Shown here: positions 35,915 through 47,545 of the stretch, in pieces
Numbering within the stretch: position 1 is the first letter of the stretch
Layout: the number at the start of each line of letters is the position of its first letter
From: Catajapyx aquilonaris
Lineage: Eukaryota
Assembly: GCA_000934665.2 (NCBI GenBank)
Contig: JYFJ02000417.1
Span: forward strand, 1 to 64,000
DNA length: 64,000 nucleotides
Reading direction: 5' to 3'
Notes under the pieces: model-generated
What the model saw: only the letters and a program-made list of their open reading frames with translations
What the model was told of the DNA's origin: nothing
The model's database searches: none
Made by a program: the position numbers and the translations under genes

Positions 35915-37600
35915 AGACGGGAGGGGGACATGTCGCAAGTGGAGGTCCGGATAGAAGACGAAGATGGAGAGGAAATTGATGACGAGGGGGAGGACGGAGG
36001 CAACTGGAGCCTGCAGGGTCACGCCGTCCTACGCGGATCCTGCAAGTCGCTCAGACGCACCCCAAGCCCCAATTACACAACCGTCACCAGTGTCACACTC
36101 ACGCCCTTGGCTCCCCCGAACAATCCGTTTCCTCGGCCATCTCCACCTCCCACGTTAACCTAAAAGGGTCGCATCATGTCATCGCCATTGACGCTCTGCA
36201 CCGTTCTGCCGTGGATCCCACCGTGAAAAATTGAGCTGCAATGACCTTGACATGACGCGACCTCCGATCCCCCTTTCCCCGTCTATTGTTGCGCCATTTG
36301 CTGCCTTTCGGATCAATATGTAGACACCTCCCCCACCTTTATTTTTTTGCTTCTAGTCGTCACCGCCCTCTTTGACACCACAATTTGCAAGAGCATATTT
36401 TTCACTCTCGACTACTGTTGCGCTGTTTTTTCGCTACAGCGCATCATACTGCGGAACAATTAGCTGGGTGTACGCCCAGCGCTTTGTAATCTCAGGGCGG
36501 CAAATTACCGTAATTTCCATTATTGAATCCTTCCGTGGGCCGCATTAAAAGGGAAAGGGTCCCAACTGGCAAATATTGCGGCCAATACTTGCCCACGTCT
36601 GGTTCCATGGCCTGCCAACTTCCAGCTACTGAGGCCGAGTCCCTAAGTCATGCCCCGCGCTAATTACATTTCCTCGTTAAAGACTCGTTGCTCTTTTCAC
36701 TTTCCATGACCAGCGAGTTGAGCAGCTTCACGTTTTTCAGTCACGACGAGTAGATATTTTTCTCTCCCACTATTATAAATGTACGTTGTATTCGACTAAC
36801 CCTCTCTATTTTTAAATGGTACTTAACATCCCGAAATGTGTCATATGAGAGACGTGTATGTCTGATATCGTATCGTGTTGTGCCAAGCTTAGGTCTTGTG
36901 CCGCGTTCCCTATTTTGGATTCGACAACAATGCGACCGGCTGTAAACGGGAAAAGAAATTCCAAGTGCAACTTATAATAACCATTGTTCAGGTGAAAACC
37001 GCTTGGGCCTTTGCAAAGTTTTTTGCAGAAAACCGCACACAAGAGCAAGTAGTGGTTGTACGTAGCAGTGTGTGTTGTACAATGTACTGTCAAAGCTATT
37101 AGATCTGAAACTATTGTACTCTGAAAGGAATATATACAAAATGATTATATTATATGTGGGTCCGCTTGGAATATTATAATAAGGGACCATTATGTAAAAC
37201 CCGCAAATTATAAAAATGTATGTCACGCATCAGCCGCTTTATTCATCCTGATCCGGTTTAACAAAAATACGCTCCGTACCCTGCAATAAATAAACTACCT
37301 GTACATTACATACAAAAAAACCGCCTGCCCGAATCTACCGCGCCCGTTAAAAAGGTGCGGCAGAAACATTTTTGATACCATACACGGATATGTGTCGTCA
37401 GCAGGGAATATCAGTTTTCTAAAAACAATTCGCACAAAAATATATTCTTGACAAGAGTTACGGCCATCCAGTTAATTACCCGAGGAAGAGTTGATCGCTG
37501 GCTGTAATTTCCCGGATGGCCGCTCAATAATATAGGAATGACTTTCTTTTTGAGACCTCATTTGATACGATGCTCGTGGAAGTGACCACGTGGTTTCTGG

Positions 37601-39601
37601 CTAGACTTTCGGAAGTATGGAGTAAACGTGCCGGTGGATAGAACCTGCGATGTTGGATGACGACCGGTTCAGCGCGAACTTCAGGAAGAGGAGCATTAGG
37701 ATCGCACCGGATGCGATGTACAGAGCCAGGCAGAGCGATACGTCCGCGAGGCTGAACAGCGACGAGGTCAGCTGCTGTTTGGGTTCAACCGAGGGGGATC
37801 GGCGGCCTCGCCAGACCCGCCTGGCTTCCGTCTCCTCCTGTTCGATCCCGCTAAAACTGATCGCATCTCTGCTGTACATCCGCATCAGGAAGCCCCAAAC
37901 CTCCTCCTCGTCCCAGTCACTCCCGCGACGACAGTACGGACATGCTTCAGCGTCCGGAAACAATCCTTTCAGCCGCTGCGGGTCGTCCGTCGCCGACTTT
38001 GCAATCCGGACGCTCACTTTGTTGTGCGCTCGCCATAGCCACAGTGCTGCCTCGCGATTGGTCGCAACCGTCGGCATCTGATCATACCGAGCCATCTCCT
38101 GGAAGTGCGAGGAGCAGTCGGCGCATCCGAAGAAGTACTGGACGTACCCGAGGATCAGGGGCAGGACCGTGGGCGGCCCCAGGGTCGTGAGAGTGTGGAA
38201 GGTTTGCCACAGTCCGCACGGGTAGCCTCGGAGATGCGGCTGGCTGCCACGACATCCCTGCCATGTTTGCGGCGTCGCGGCCCAGGGACGCAACCGCTCT
38301 TCCTCATGCCGCAGGAACGAACCAAGAGCCGCTCCGGAAACGTCCCGACCTTGCGCCGCCAGCCAGTGATCCACCGAGCGCAACCAGCCCAAAACAGGCG
38401 GCCGGCTTGGGAAGTACCTGCCAAAAAACCGCAATTACGAGCCGCACATTTGCAAGTACCACAACTTACATTACGAGCAATCCGACGTATTTCCTTAACG
38501 CTTCGAGCGCATCGCCCTTGATGGTCTTATGCAGCGTGACCTCATGCGATAGCGAGTACTTCAACGCCAGCTCCAGGTCGCCCAAGTACACCCGATTCGC
38601 ATCGAATGGGATTGGGCCCGGTTGCGACCCAGACGGTCCCTGCCCTGCCCCCGAGTCCGCCGATGGACTCTCTTCCGTCCGCAGTCCCAGCTGCCCTAGA
38701 ACCGCCGCCCGGACATCCCCGATGGCGTCCACCGTCTTGTAAGGCACATGCGGGGTATCCCGATGGAAAAACAGGAGCTTGGGTGGGTCAGCACCAGGAC
38801 GGTCGACCCACCGTACCGCGACCTGTCCCCGCCAGCTGTCCAAATCCAACGCAAGGCTGCGACCCAGGTAGGACCTGGCATCCTCCACGATAACGACTAG
38901 GTGGGTAACAGACAGCGGCACGACCCGCCACGCACCGTCCAAGCTCCGGCTATCCGAATTCCTGCAAAGGTAACGACCCATTAAAGCCCGGCTAATAGCC
39001 TATAAAATGTTTGTTAGGCAACTAACGACATGGGCATTAACGTGGGCCAATCTCCGGATGTCCCCCGCTTTTCTTGTTCCTGCAGGAAGTGGACCACGGA
39101 TTCCATCAGGGAATGAGCGTCCGTGGGTCCGATCAGCGGAATGTTGGTTCCCAGCTGTCCGGGTTTTGCGCCACTACCGAAGAGCTTAATGGACGGGTAG
39201 GCCAGGATCTCGTAGTCACGACAGACGCCGTTGTTGTCCTCAGCGGCGCAGTCCATGGCACCGATGCGGACGACCCTCTCCCAACCTGTAAGTAGTACAC
39301 CGTGTCAAGTGCGGTGGTTCATGACCTGGGACGTGACCTCCCCCTGACCTGCCATCCTCCTGGCGAGTCCCTTGTAGGTGGGTGCGAATGCGTGGCAGTG
39401 TCCGCACCAGCTGCTGTAGAACTCCATGGCCCAGGCGGTGGGCGACCCCAGCAGTGCTCGAGGCAGGGTGGTGGAGTTGAGCACCCTGACCCCGTCCCCC
39501 GCCGAGTACAGCTCCTGTCCTGACCTCAGGGAGGCGGCCGGGAGGGCAAGGGTCATCGAGGACAGGGTCAGGAGGAAGAGGAGGAGAAGGGAGCGGGACA
39601 T
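37601..39601 (-). CDS. QSOX: Quiescin sulfhydryl oxidase. Exons 39601-39349, 39285-39027, 38961-38470, 38417-37601
   Basis: Signal peptide, thioredoxin EFYSSWCGHC, Erv domain GCRGS..RGYPCGLWQTFH, FFGCADC, LWLWRAHNKV, CPYC, C-terminal TM helix. Confidence 0.96.
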
Positions 39602-42104
39602 GTTCTCCGGCCGACGATTGTTGTTCGACTGAGCCGTGTTTGGAGTGGCTGGCCGNTACAATGGCACATCACCTGAGTTTCAGTCTCTAATCGCAGGCAC
39701 AAGCGGGCACAAGCCCGTTTCCCCATGCCCAGAGCCTGTCTTTCATAATTGGCGGGAAATTTTGTCATCCCGGTGACGTCACTACCGCTGCGCTATAATT
39801 GGCCCGATCCGTTATGGCGCTACCTGTAGGCTTCTATATACTTTGGGTGGCAGCAGGTGAGTCGACGAGGCAGGGTTGCCAACCAAAGCTTACTGGTTGC
39901 CAACCCCCTCGTGAGAAGTAGCCCGCCCTTTTCAAAATCTGATTTATACACATTATGCAGGAAGTCACGATTGTTAGGTTCAACAATGCGACTGGGGGGA
40001 TTCCATGCGAAAATAGCGCGACCTTGTCAACGCGGAAGGTCGCGCCCGCCTCATAAACACCAAGGCGGATGATCCAATAATAATAATAATAACAACCCTC
40101 CCACAGTAGTTAACTAGCAACTACTACAAAAGGGCTGGTTTTGTTTGCCAAGCACTTTTGCAGGCGAATATTATTCACGGATAACGGGTAATACAGATAA
40201 GAAACCGCGATATGGGGCAGCAGCTTCACCAGGGTCACTCTCTGGAATCCACAGGCCAACCCTGCCAAGAATCGGCTCGTGGCAACAACAATCGTCCTTG
40301 CAACGTACACTATAGACCATGGATATTCAACTGGCGGCCAGCGGTCCGGATCCGGACCGCGACGTAATTTTGTCCGGACCGCGACGATATACAGGACAGT
40401 TTGAAATAGCATTAGAAATTACTAATTCATGATTTTTTTTGGAAAAAGTGCTACCAATTTCATCAAATACACACCCATTCAAATCTCCCACTTTCACCTA
40501 AGCTCGTGTGACCTTCTACCCCCCCCCCCCCNGGGGGGGTTCCGGACCTTCAATGGCCCAGGAAAGGTAAATACTGGACCTTGTCATAAACAAGTTGAAT
40601 ACCCCTGCTATAGACAGTAAACATCACAGTAAACGTGTCAGTAGTGTTCAATAATTCTTTAGTTCCAACAGAATTAGTTCAAGATAATCGGGATTTGGCA
40701 CCAATGCGGGCCATTAGCAACCTGTATAGTAGTGGGCTGGGTCCGGACCGGATCCAGTTGGAATAGTATTGGCTATTTCAAGCAGATTGTAGTAGTTATC
40801 CTGTAGTGGTTCTCATAATATTTATTAGCGCTATTTGTGCTGAGCTTGTTTGAATATCCGGAGAATCCGGACCCGTTCATCCGGACTGATGTATACAGGG
40901 CGCATTATTTGGCGTAACTGCTGGCCGCACAATGACGAGGCAATAAGTGTTGCAATGGAAATATGTCTTCCGGCCATGCAAGTACGCCCGTGTATGTTGT
41001 GTAATAAATGTCAAAGCACGCAGTGTGTGCTTATTGTTGTGTGCTGTCCGATATGCACGAGTTGGCGTAAACTGCGCGTAACTTGTCCTGTCAGCAGCAT
41101 CCATCAGTAGATGTTGCACCGGACAGCACATATTCACTTCGAGGGAATGAATATAAAAATGCCGATCGTTCACTCCAGCAACCGGTCTCAAAGAGGAGAA
41201 ACCTATTTGCTGGTTCCCTTTTTTTTTACTGAACCACCTTGGTGCTTAATATATTGTGATAAAATCCACATTTTTGCAAAGAATAACTGAAGCTCAGCAG
41301 ATTCCAACCTCAATTTCCTCCCCAACCCTTCGCCAAAAAATCGCGTGATATTCCTGGTTCTGCCCACACGAAGTCCTTCCTTTCCTACCCGTCCATCATG
41401 CCGGCATGAAATGTGCAAATAATTTCGCAACACAGTCACGCCCGCCGGTCACGCCTGAAGGGCAACATATTCCGCACAAAAAAAAAAAGAGCAAGAGAAC
41501 TAACTCTTATCACGAATAAATTCAATCTCTTTTCAACCATACCCGCGGCCAGATGGCAGGCACATCCAAGAGAGAGAAGTAACACCACCGTCACGGAGGC
41601 TGAATGCAGGCCATTAGCAACTTGTAGTATAGTGGGCTGGGTCCGGACCGGGTCCAGTTGGAATAGTATTGGCTATTCCAAGCAAGTCTGTCCTCATATT
41701 CGTGTACATTCGTGTTCATATTCGTGTACGTAGTTGTCTCCCCAGTTAACAAAAAAGAGTTGTACAATTTTTATCACAATTTAATACAAAACATCTTATT
41801 AGAAATGCGCCACCTTTAAGGTCATTTTCCAGGCAGTCTGAATACGATTATGAGATTACGATCTGTTAAAAAATCTAGCATTGCTTGAAGCGGGTTAAGT
41901 GGATTGGCCACTCGCTCCTCAGACAAAATAATAACACACAATACCAAGAGTACTCTTGACAATACCCATCCCATGGCCGCAGCCACTGGGAACTAAGACA
42001 TCGAGCACTCCAAAAAAAAAGAAGGGGGGGGGGGGGNGGGGGAAAGAGAGGCAATACTTAAGAAAAATAAATGAACTAAGGATGGAAAATGTCTTCCATT
42101 CTTT

Positions 42105-42420
42105 CTTTTTTGTGTGTGTTTGGTTTTTGTTTATGTACAGATCAGGTGCCTGATCTGTACATAAACAAAAACCAAACACACAAAAAACAGGTGTAAAAAT
42201 GTTGGGTTTTTACACCTGTTTTTAAAAACCGTCCTTCAAAAAACCTACTCTTAATCACAATTGTGTTTAAGAGTAGGTTTTTTGAAGGACGTTTTTTTAA
42301 AAACAGGTGTAAAAACCCAAAATAAGAGACCAGAACCCTAAAGCTGGGCAGCTTTAGGGTTCTGGTCTCTTATTTTGTGTTTTTACACCTGTTTTGTGTG
42401 TGTTTGGTTTTTGTTTACAC
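42105..42420. repeat. Chain of overlapping near-perfect palindromes
   Basis: Hairpins centred at ~42146, ~42203, ~42260 and ~42347 that share arms. Confidence 0.85.
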
Positions 42421-42514
42421 AGAATAAAACTCACAAAAAAACAATAGAAAGGGGTGGCATATAAAACGTATGACAAAAAGTCGTCCTCCCATGAAAAAGC
42501 CATTGGCGCTCTCC

Positions 42515-42900
42515 TCATCCTGACTGGAGCTGTGGAGAGGCGAGCCTCTCCTCGAAGTACTTGATGACGACCTGGGAGTGTTGGCCTGACGGGCTGGGAC
42601 GGGGTCAACTTCATCCGTGCCCTTCCTGTTAGGAGGAGAAAGAAAAATGCACTTTACAAATGCTGACTACACTACAATGTGTACAGTGCAGTTGAATCAT
42701 GGGAAGAAGTAACTGAATAAGGCAAACCAACCACTTCATGAGAAACATGAGTTCCCCGCTGGTCTCTGTAGTAGCTCCAGTGATCCTCTCTGGCTCCAAG
42801 TTCCTCTCGAAGTCTCTGGGCTTGCGTCTGGCCGATGGGATGCACAGCGACTCTCTGTCAGTCCCCTTTCCTTCCTCTGCTTTTGGTCCAGAAGCTGAAC
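42515..42900 (-). pseudogene. HP1/CBX chromo-shadow-domain gene fragment with frameshift
   Basis: [43 protein letters not shown], then PQVVIKYFEERL in another frame; intron retained; no chromodomain seen. Confidence 0.85.
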
Positions 42901-44083
42901 AGGGACACATGCCCCAGCACTACAGCCATGCCATAAATGGGCCATTTCGGAATGTGTAAGAGACGAATAGGATGACATCATGAGAGAAACCGCCGGATTT
43001 GAGGATATGAGGTTATGAGCGCATCTATAGATTGTGGTTCTGTATCGTTTGCAAAGTTTATTGTTTTAGATTAGCCCACAGTGTCTCGCACTTCATCGGT
43101 TCCCATCTATTTATGTGTGTCATACTCCTGGATTTTTTTTCAGTCAATAATCAATGAGGAAAATAACAAGGCCATGTTGACACCATAATCAGGATATAGC
43201 TAGCAATAAATCACTCGTCCTGACTGAGATGCTCAATTATTATTATTATAGTCATACCTCCGACCACATTTTACCATAGGTCAAACCTTGAAATAATAAT
43301 CCTAGAAAACATGACGATGTCTTGGTCGATGTACGCCCTCACGATATGAGCCTCGATCGCGTATATTTTCGAGCTGATTTAATGATAAAGTTATCTGAAA
43401 GATGGGTTTCAGCAGTGGCGTAACTACCATATATAGGGGCAGGTGGGGCGACTGCCCCAGGGCCCCCGAATTTTCCGACGAGTTTTAGAAAAAATTGAGG
43501 AAACCCACAAATCCATAGGCAGTGAGAATGTGAGATGGTTGTATCCCACATGATCCGCCTTATTATTGTAACCCTCCCCCCGCCAGAAGTATAGGGAACT
43601 ATTCTATGAAGTGGTTGAAAGGATCTACTCGTTCTTCGCACACAGCATCAAGCGCTGGCATATATGTTGTCAACTTCAGACATAGTCGTCTCCCCAGTTA
43701 ACAGAAAGAGTTGTACAATTTTTAGCACAATTTAATACAAAACATCTTATTACAAATGCGCCACCTTTATGGTCATTTTAGGTGTTTTCTCTAACTTTTC
43801 AGGCCGCTAGCTGACTAATTAGCTCCCACTAAATATATTAGTGCCGCAGTGCAGCTAAATAAATTCAGCTAACCAAATTCATTCGTGTTCCTGTCTCGCT
43901 GTCTGTTACTCGACTGGATGGGTGCCTTCTACTGAAGCCCACGTGACTAGACCGCCAGCTCTTTAGCAGCAGAATAACTAGCGCACAACAATTAACATGT
44001 AACAATAAAACTGCGCAGATGTCCTGCTGTATAGGGGACGGTAGGCAGCATATATCTATGGGTTATAACAATACCTCTAACGT

Positions 44084-44292
44084 GGGCGACACGGTGGCCG
44101 AGCGGTTAGCGCCGCAGCCTTCCACCTCTAAGGTCCCGAGTTCGATCGCCTGGTCGCGCAGAGGATGCTTATGTGGATAGAGTTTCGATGGGTTCTCTCC
44201 GTGTTCGCGTGGGTTTTCTCGGGGTTCTCCCGTTTCCTCCCACAATACAAAATCCATCACATTACAGGCGCCCTGTAACGGGGTATCCATGA
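44084..44292 (+). mobile_element. tRNA-derived SINE, second copy
   Basis: Near-identical to 29078-29337 over head, core and 3' acggggtatccat. Confidence 0.85.
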
Positions 44293-45184
44293 TTACCTGT
44301 AACGCGATACACGCTCCACCGACATTCGACCGCATGCATCGATCGCTTGTCACTGACAAGAACCATGATATCATTCCAGTCTGTGTTGTTAGACTTTTCT
44401 CTGATCAGGACCGCCAGTTCTCCAGTGGTCCAGGTGGGCCTTGGGGATACGGTCTTTTTTATTCCTCTGAAAAGGACACAGCCGATGTGAATATAGGATA
44501 CAACATACAGTACCATCAACAGGGTGTAAGCCCATTGCTAACTTTGGCAAACATCACAGGGTGGGTCGAGGAGGCCCCATAGGCAAGTATTTTGAGCTTC
44601 GGTACCCAGCATGTCCGGAAATGCCCCCTTCTTCTCTGGCACATCTCTCAAGGTGGACATTTTAACGTTGGCAATTGTCATAATTATTATAAATCAGACT
44701 AACCGTTGGACGGTAGCACGTAAGAATTTTTTTTTTTTTTTTACGGCGATTTCTGTGAAAATAATTTTAGGGACTTCAGAGGACACAAGGTTGGTCACCT
44801 GGGGCTGGAGGAGGAGCAGGCCACCAGAAATGAGCCAGGACCGTTGACCGTTTCAAAAATTCGAAAATCGCGCCACTTGGGAGCAGGGGTGCCAACCAGC
44901 CGATGAATAATTCAGGTTGATTAATTTTTTATACATTCTACTATTATAATTTGTTTGAGACTTTAATTTGGCTGGACTGTCCGAAGCAAGTGGTGTCCGC
45001 TTTTGTCCAGGTTATTCCGATGCTCGCTTGCTTTTCCTTTTTTTTGCGTGTGTCGCCTGGACAAAGATGGCGTCGCCCAGTCTGGTCCTTTGAGGAAGAG
45101 CACGTTGCACTCTTCTTCTTCAGCTCTTCATCTGGGCTTCAAACCTTTGCCTGCGGGGCTACTGTTGAGGAAGGCGCAGAGAAG

Positions 45185-46508
45185 ATGAGCTGCAGGCCGA
45201 AGAGATGGATGCTGCGGGATGAGGTGGACGGGAAGGAAAAGGTTAGTGTCTGACACACTCGTGATGCCTTGAGAGTTGGCTTCAATGACATTGTTCCATA
45301 TGTTCCAGGCCAATGGTCGCTTGCCAGACGAGATTCTCCTCAGGATCTTCTGCCACTTGCCCAAACATGACCTGCTGAAGAGGGCCGCCCTGGTGTGCAG
45401 GGACTGGGCCAGGGTGGCCGTGGACCCTACGCTGTGGAAGGAGGTGGAGCTGCGCGGGTGGAAGCTGACCGCGGAGGACGCCAAGGAACTCATCCGGCAC
45501 ATGACCATGCTCAGGAAGGTGCGGCTGGTCGGTTGGAGGGGTCCCCGTGTTTATAGGGCGAAGTGGAAGAGTCCTGCCGATGAACTGCTGCTCCTCATTG
45601 CATTATCACATCCCAAGTTGGAAGTGCTGGAACTTGAATGGTGTGAGGTTGCTTCCATGGATTGTCTGGAGCAGGTGGCCTCCCGGTGAGTAGGATCCCA
45701 GTTGTTCCAACTGCAATCAAATGTGCTCAGAAATGCTAATGATTATTTCCTTTTCCGTGTATTGAACAGCTGCGCAGACATTAAGGAGCTGGCGGTGAAG
45801 AAGGGCCGTGTGTGCCATGGAAATTATCGCCACATATTCGATGTGTTTGGACGCAGTTCAAAACTGGAGAAGATCACTCTGGAGGATAACACTTTCTTAT
45901 GTTGTCGTCTGGACAGATCCATGGAAAGGGATTGGCCGCAACTGAGGGAAGTCCACCTGTTCCAGGATGTTGACGAAGAGGTGGAGGTGGTGTGCAGGAG
46001 TGCTTCGGGATCACTTCTGAAACTTGGGATTCATTCCAAGGTTGGATCTGAGGCCCTGCTGCATCTGAACCAATGCACTCTACTGGAAGACTTGAGTCTA
46101 AATGTAGAGAAAATAAGCGATCTGAATGAGGCCATTGGAAACCTGAGGAACCTCCGCCGGCTTGCATGCACCGGCTGGCATGCGTGGCCATATTATGGTG
46201 TCATGGACTGGAACTCGTTCTTCTCCATGCAGGAAGTGGTGCTGAAACTAGAGAGGGTTGACTTGGGCAGAACCAAAGGAGTAGACGACCAGTGCCTCTC
46301 TTTGATTGCCACGAACTGTCCTGAACTGATCAGTCTCTGCTTGCTCAGTGACCAGATAACCAAGAATGGGCTGGAACATCTTCTCACACTTGCCAACAAA
46401 CTCAAGTCTCTGGAAATCCTGTTTGAATATCGTAGAGGAATTGACCCCAGAGATTTGAAGGAATTGTGCACCCGTTTCCCAGAAGTAGATGTCGTAGAAT
46501 TGCAGTAG
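45185..46508 (+). CDS. F-box/LRR protein, paralogue 1. Exons 45185-45241, 45309-45685, 45770-46508
   Basis: LPDEILLRIFCHLPKHDLLKRAALVCRDWARVAVDPTLW F-box; AMN1-type LRRs (DDQCLSLIATNCPEL, ITKNGLEHL). Confidence 0.88.
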
Positions 46509-47039
46509 TCCGAAGGGGGCATGGGTATGGCATGTTTGTAGGATCCAGATTTTTATGTTGGATATATTTTGAATTTTTTTTGTGAGCTGGTGAAGCGTTT
46601 GGTACTGCACCAATATATATGTAACTGCCATTTCCACCAGTAATATTTGTACGCAGTGTTGGCCATAAAACGAGGCATATTGCTAGCGACATTATCCAAA
46701 GCAGCAGAAGAAGGAATCGAAGACTTCAAGCCGGGCAAGCAAGATTCCTTCTTCTGCCGCTTCGGAAAATGTCGCCGGCAGTATGCCTCAATTAATGTCC
46801 GCTGAAGAGTGTTTGGGACATAACTGCCATTCCGACCAGTAATTTTGCATTGTTCTCAGGTTTTTGTACTTCTTTTGTATACGGGTAATAAATTGCCAAT
46901 TGAAGCTCACATGCTCCCGTGTCTTCCTCCTGCTTGGCATGAAAGCATGATGAGGACCTTGATTGCTTGCAGAATAAGCCTTCTTGGTGGAGAGCTGCAG
47001 TGGAACGGGGACAGGATATATCCTGTGGACCCAGATTAG

Positions 47040-47545
47040 ACTGGAGGATCACCTGAAGCCTGCAGTCACCAATGGGCTCAAGTCTGTCCTCATATTCGGA
47101 GTGCCGGAGAACATGCCAAAGGTAGCATTACATTTGAATGAATTTCATGTTGATTACTACGACTTTTTGCAGGATGTCAATGCGACTATTGCTGATGTTC
47201 CGGAAACCCCAGTAATTCAGGCCATCAAACGCCTCCGAGAGAATTTTCCTGATCTTCTGATTGCGTGTGACGTGTGTCTCTGCGCCTACACTTCCCACGG
47301 CCACTGCGGGATCCTGCATGACGATGGCACCATTGACAACAGGAGGAGCTTGATACGCCTGGCGCAACAGGCACACGCATATGCTGACGCAGGCTGTGAT
47401 GTCGTGGCCCCTTTGGACATGGTGGATGGGAAGGTGGGAGCCATGACAGACTGGACGGAAGGGTTGCCGTCCTTTCCTACGCTGCCAAGTTCAGCTCCTG
47501 CATGTACGGGCCTTTCAGGGATCCCGCCCAGTCCGCTCCGTCCTT
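47040..47545 (+). pseudogene. ALAD: Partial duplicate of ALAD (porphobilinogen synthase)
   Basis: Highly similar to ~57587-58112 including the intron; 5' and 3' truncated; deletion and frameshift after [14 protein letters not shown] changed to PLDMVDGK. Confidence 0.92.

Noticed and set aside
35912..36400. Flotillin UGA as a selenocysteine codon
   Set aside because: No AUGA/AAA/GA SECIS structure recognised downstream and no redox-motif context
43413..43475. hAT-like MITE terminus (CAGTGGCGTAACTA...)
   Set aside because: No matching opposite end or TSD identified
44289..44582. Possible orphan exon (GPWGYGLFYSSEKDTADVNIGYNIQYHQQG)
   Set aside because: No recognisable family and no partner exons; cannot be supported without a search
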